Positions 14,185 through 16,051 of a DNA stretch of 16,051 bases are shown piece after piece; position 1 is the stretch's first letter, and each line of letters opens with the position of its first letter. The notes under the pieces were generated by a model. That model ran no database searches. It was given only the letters and a program-made list of their open reading frames with translations, and was not told the origin of the DNA. The stretch comes from Candidatus Altarchaeum sp. (GTDB lineage Archaea > Altiarchaeota > Altiarchaeia > Altiarchaeales > Altiarchaeaceae): the NCBI GenBank assembly GCA_018260615.1, contig JAGWDQ010000002.1, forward strand, positions 1 through 16,051, read 5' to 3'. The translations under genes were made by a program, and so were the position numbers.

Positions 14185-14754
14185 ATGCGTAAAATTGCGA
14201 TGAGCGGGAATTCGCGATGTGCGGAGGAATTTATAAAGCGAATAAGTGATGATAAAAATGTAAAATTTCTCGGCCAGTGGATTCCTGAAAATTTGCCGGA
14301 AATAATTGATGATTTTTCCGAAATTAAAATTCCGGATTTTGTTTTTTCGGCAGATGTTGTGCTTGATTATACAAAACATCAGGATGTGCCATATCTGTTA
14401 AAAGATGCAAAAAAGGTCATAACAACATCAAAGTGCAATTTAAAGAATGTAATTTGTGCAGATTGTTTTTGTGCGATTAATATAACTGAAAAATTCGGAA
14501 TACCTGAATTTAAGGTAAGGATAAGCAAAGGCAAAATAAAAGGTATAGAAGTTTTGAAATCATCTCCCTGTGGGGCGGCATTTATTATCGCAGAGAAATT
14601 TAAAGATGTAACTCCTGAAGAGGCATTAAATAAAGTTGGCTTGCTAACGCAATATGAGTGTAAAGGAAAAGGCGGACCGGATAGTTCTATTCATAAAGCA
14701 GCGGAGATTCATAAAAATGCGCTAGAAGATGCGATAATGAAAGCAAAAATTTAA
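14185..14754 (+). CDS. DUF166-family protein
   Basis: [35 protein letters not shown] and IHKAAEIH motifs. Confidence 0.7.
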   Translation: MRKIAMSGNSRCAEEFIKRISDDKNVKFLGQWIPENLPEIIDDFSEIKIPDFVFSADVVLDYTKHQDVPYLLKDAKKVITTSKCNLKNVICADCFCAINITEKFGIPEFKVRISKGKIKGIEVLKSSPCGAAFIIAEKFKDVTPEEALNKVGLLTQYECKGKGGPDSSIHKAAEIHKNALEDAIMKAKI

Positions 14755-15527
14755 ACCCTGACATTAATTCCTTTTTCTTTTAAAAATTTCTTAACAGCCT
14801 GAATCGGATATTCGTCAAAATGAAATATGGATGCAGCCAGCGCAGCACTTGCTTTTGTTTTTTTGAATACCTCATAAATATGCTCGGGATTTCCAACCCC
14901 TCCGGATGCAATTACCGGAATATTTAAAATTTCTGAAATTTTTTCGGTTAAATTTAATTCAAAGCCCTCTTTTGTTCCGTCTCTGTCCATTGAAGTCAGC
15001 AAAATTTCTCCCGCTCCCAATTGTTCGCATCTGCCTGCCCATTCAACTGCGTCAATTCCTGTTTCCTGCCTTCCTCCGTAAATGAAAACTTCGTAACTGC
15101 TTTTGGTTTTGCCTGTTTTTTTTGCATCAATTGCGATGACAATGCACTGGCTTCCGAAAATTTTTGACGCCTGCTTTATAAATTCGGGATTTTTTATTGC
15201 AAAAGTATTTACGGCAACTTTATCTGCACCGACATTTAAAATTTTATTTATGTCTTCAATTGTTCTGATTCCGCCTCCCACTGTTAAAGGAACAAAAACA
15301 CTTTCTGCTGTTCTTTCAATGACATCAGTCATAGTTCTGCGTTTTTCGTAAGATGCGGTAATATCCAGAAAGACAATTTCATCGGCACCGTCTTTATAGT
15401 ATTTTTCTGCAAGAATTTCGGGAATTCCGGCGTAAATTATGTTTTTAAATTTTTTGCCTTTGACGACCCTTCCTTCGGGGATACTTAAATCGCAGTCAAG
15501 GCAGGGGATTATTCGTTTTGTGAGCAT
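14751..15527 (-). CDS. hisF: Imidazole glycerol phosphate synthase, cyclase subunit
   Basis: [60 protein letters not shown] and ALAASIFH motifs. Confidence 0.98.
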   Translation of the reverse strand: MLTKRIIPCLDCDLSIPEGRVVKGKKFKNIIYAGIPEILAEKYYKDGADEIVFLDITASYEKRRTMTDVIERTAESVFVPLTVGGGIRTIEDINKILNVGADKVAVNTFAIKNPEFIKQASKIFGSQCIVIAIDAKKTGKTKSSYEVFIYGGRQETGIDAVEWAGRCEQLGAGEILLTSMDRDGTKEGFELNLTEKISEILNIPVIASGGVGNPEHIYEVFKKTKASAALAASIFHFDEYPIQAVKKFLKEKGINVRV

Positions 15528-15581
15528 TTTTTGATTTTAAGTTAAATTTGTTAAGTTAAATTTGGTTTAAATTTTATTCGT

Positions 15582-16051
15582 TTATTTTAGAAATTTTTTA
15601 AATTTTTCGGCATTTTCTTTATCCCATTCAAATAGACTTATTGAAAATTCTTCAATAACTTCTTTAAGTCCTTTCTGAACTTTATCTGTAAAAAGCAAAT
15701 TTCTAACATCATCAGGGAGTTCTTCAAAATTATCTGCAATCACCTCTGCAATATACCGTGCCGCTGATTCTTTTTCTGCTAGCTTAAACAATAAATCTCT
15801 CACATCTTCGGGAAGTTTATCAAAATTATCAACAATCGCCCGTGCAACATATTCGGCAGCAGAGTCCTTTTCTGCCAATTTAAAAAGCAGGTTTCTCACA
15901 TCTTCGGGAAGTTTATCAAAATTATCAACAATCGCCCGTGCAACACCTCCGGCAGTAGAGTCCTTTTCTGCCAATTTAAAAAGCAGGTTTCTCACATCAT
16001 CAGGGAGTTTATCAAAATTATCAACAATCGCCCGTGCAAGATATTCGGCAG
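15582..16051 (-). CDS. HEAT/armadillo-like alpha-solenoid protein with 32-aa repeats, 5' end outside the window
   Basis: The frame stays open to the window end (...AEYLARAIVDNFDKLPDDVRNLLFKLAEKDS...). The track start at 15995 is an internal GTG. Repeat unit LLFKLAEKDSxAxxVARAIVDNFDKLPEDVRN. Confidence 0.8.
   Translation of the reverse strand, partial: AEYLARAIVDNFDKLPDDVRNLLFKLAEKDSTAGGVARAIVDNFDKLPEDVRNLLFKLAEKDSAAEYVARAIVDNFDKLPEDVRDLLFKLAEKESAARYIAEVIADNFEELPDDVRNLLFTDKVQKGLKEVIEEFSISLFEWDKENAEKFKKFLK
15703..16051. repeat. Coding tandem repeat, 96-nt period, at least 3.6 copies
   Basis: Units start at 15703, 15799, 15895 and 15991. The 15799 and 15895 units differ only in a short patch (catattcggcagcag versus cacctccggcagtag). 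Confidence 0.95.

Noticed and set aside
14751-14754. Convergent DUF166 and hisF genes sharing a TTAA stop overlap
   Set aside because: A common compact arrangement in AT-rich genomes; no further signal.
1729-15351. About 25 short ORFs in the track overlapping longer genes on the opposite strand or in another frame
   Set aside because: They lie within well-supported genes, show no recognisable motifs, and have the Phe/Ile/Ser-rich composition typical of antisense frames in AT-rich DNA.
1-16051. tRNA, rRNA, C/D-box sRNA or stop-codon recoding
   Set aside because: No cloverleaf, rRNA-like GC-rich segment or paired C/D boxes were recognised, and conserved genes end at expected lengths under the standard code.

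Overview
AT-rich archaeal chromosomal window. The gene set (archaeal D-aminoacyl-tRNA deacylase, Sm/Lsm-rpl37e, PCNA, Mch with an NAD(P)-type Mtd, plus DnaJ) and low GC suggest Candidatus Altiarchaeum/Altiarchaeota; this is inference. It holds about 24 CDS, mostly housekeeping, four of them small ORFs missed by the ORF track: rpl37e, a bS22/mS38-like basic peptide, and 45-aa and 49-aa ORFs. The most striking non-coding signal is a family of modular palindromic repeat arrays at seven sites. They are built from (i) an 11-12 nt core GA-RY-loop-RY-GA whose 2-bp stem covaries in all 13 intact copies and (ii) perfect short palindromes, often on a 21-nt grid. One array forms the in-frame C-terminal tail of a DUF429 nuclease, and one core is split exactly in its loop by a 113-bp block of four hairpins. 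Also notable: a 123-bp diverged duplicate of the mtd 3' end that stops exactly at the stop codon and brackets a small membrane ORF, a putative DUF4258/DUF2283 toxin-antitoxin pair, and a 96-nt tandem-repeat helical protein running off the window end. No CRISPR array, tRNA, rRNA, transposase, integrase or reverse transcriptase was recognised. All family assignments are from motif recognition by eye, not database searches.
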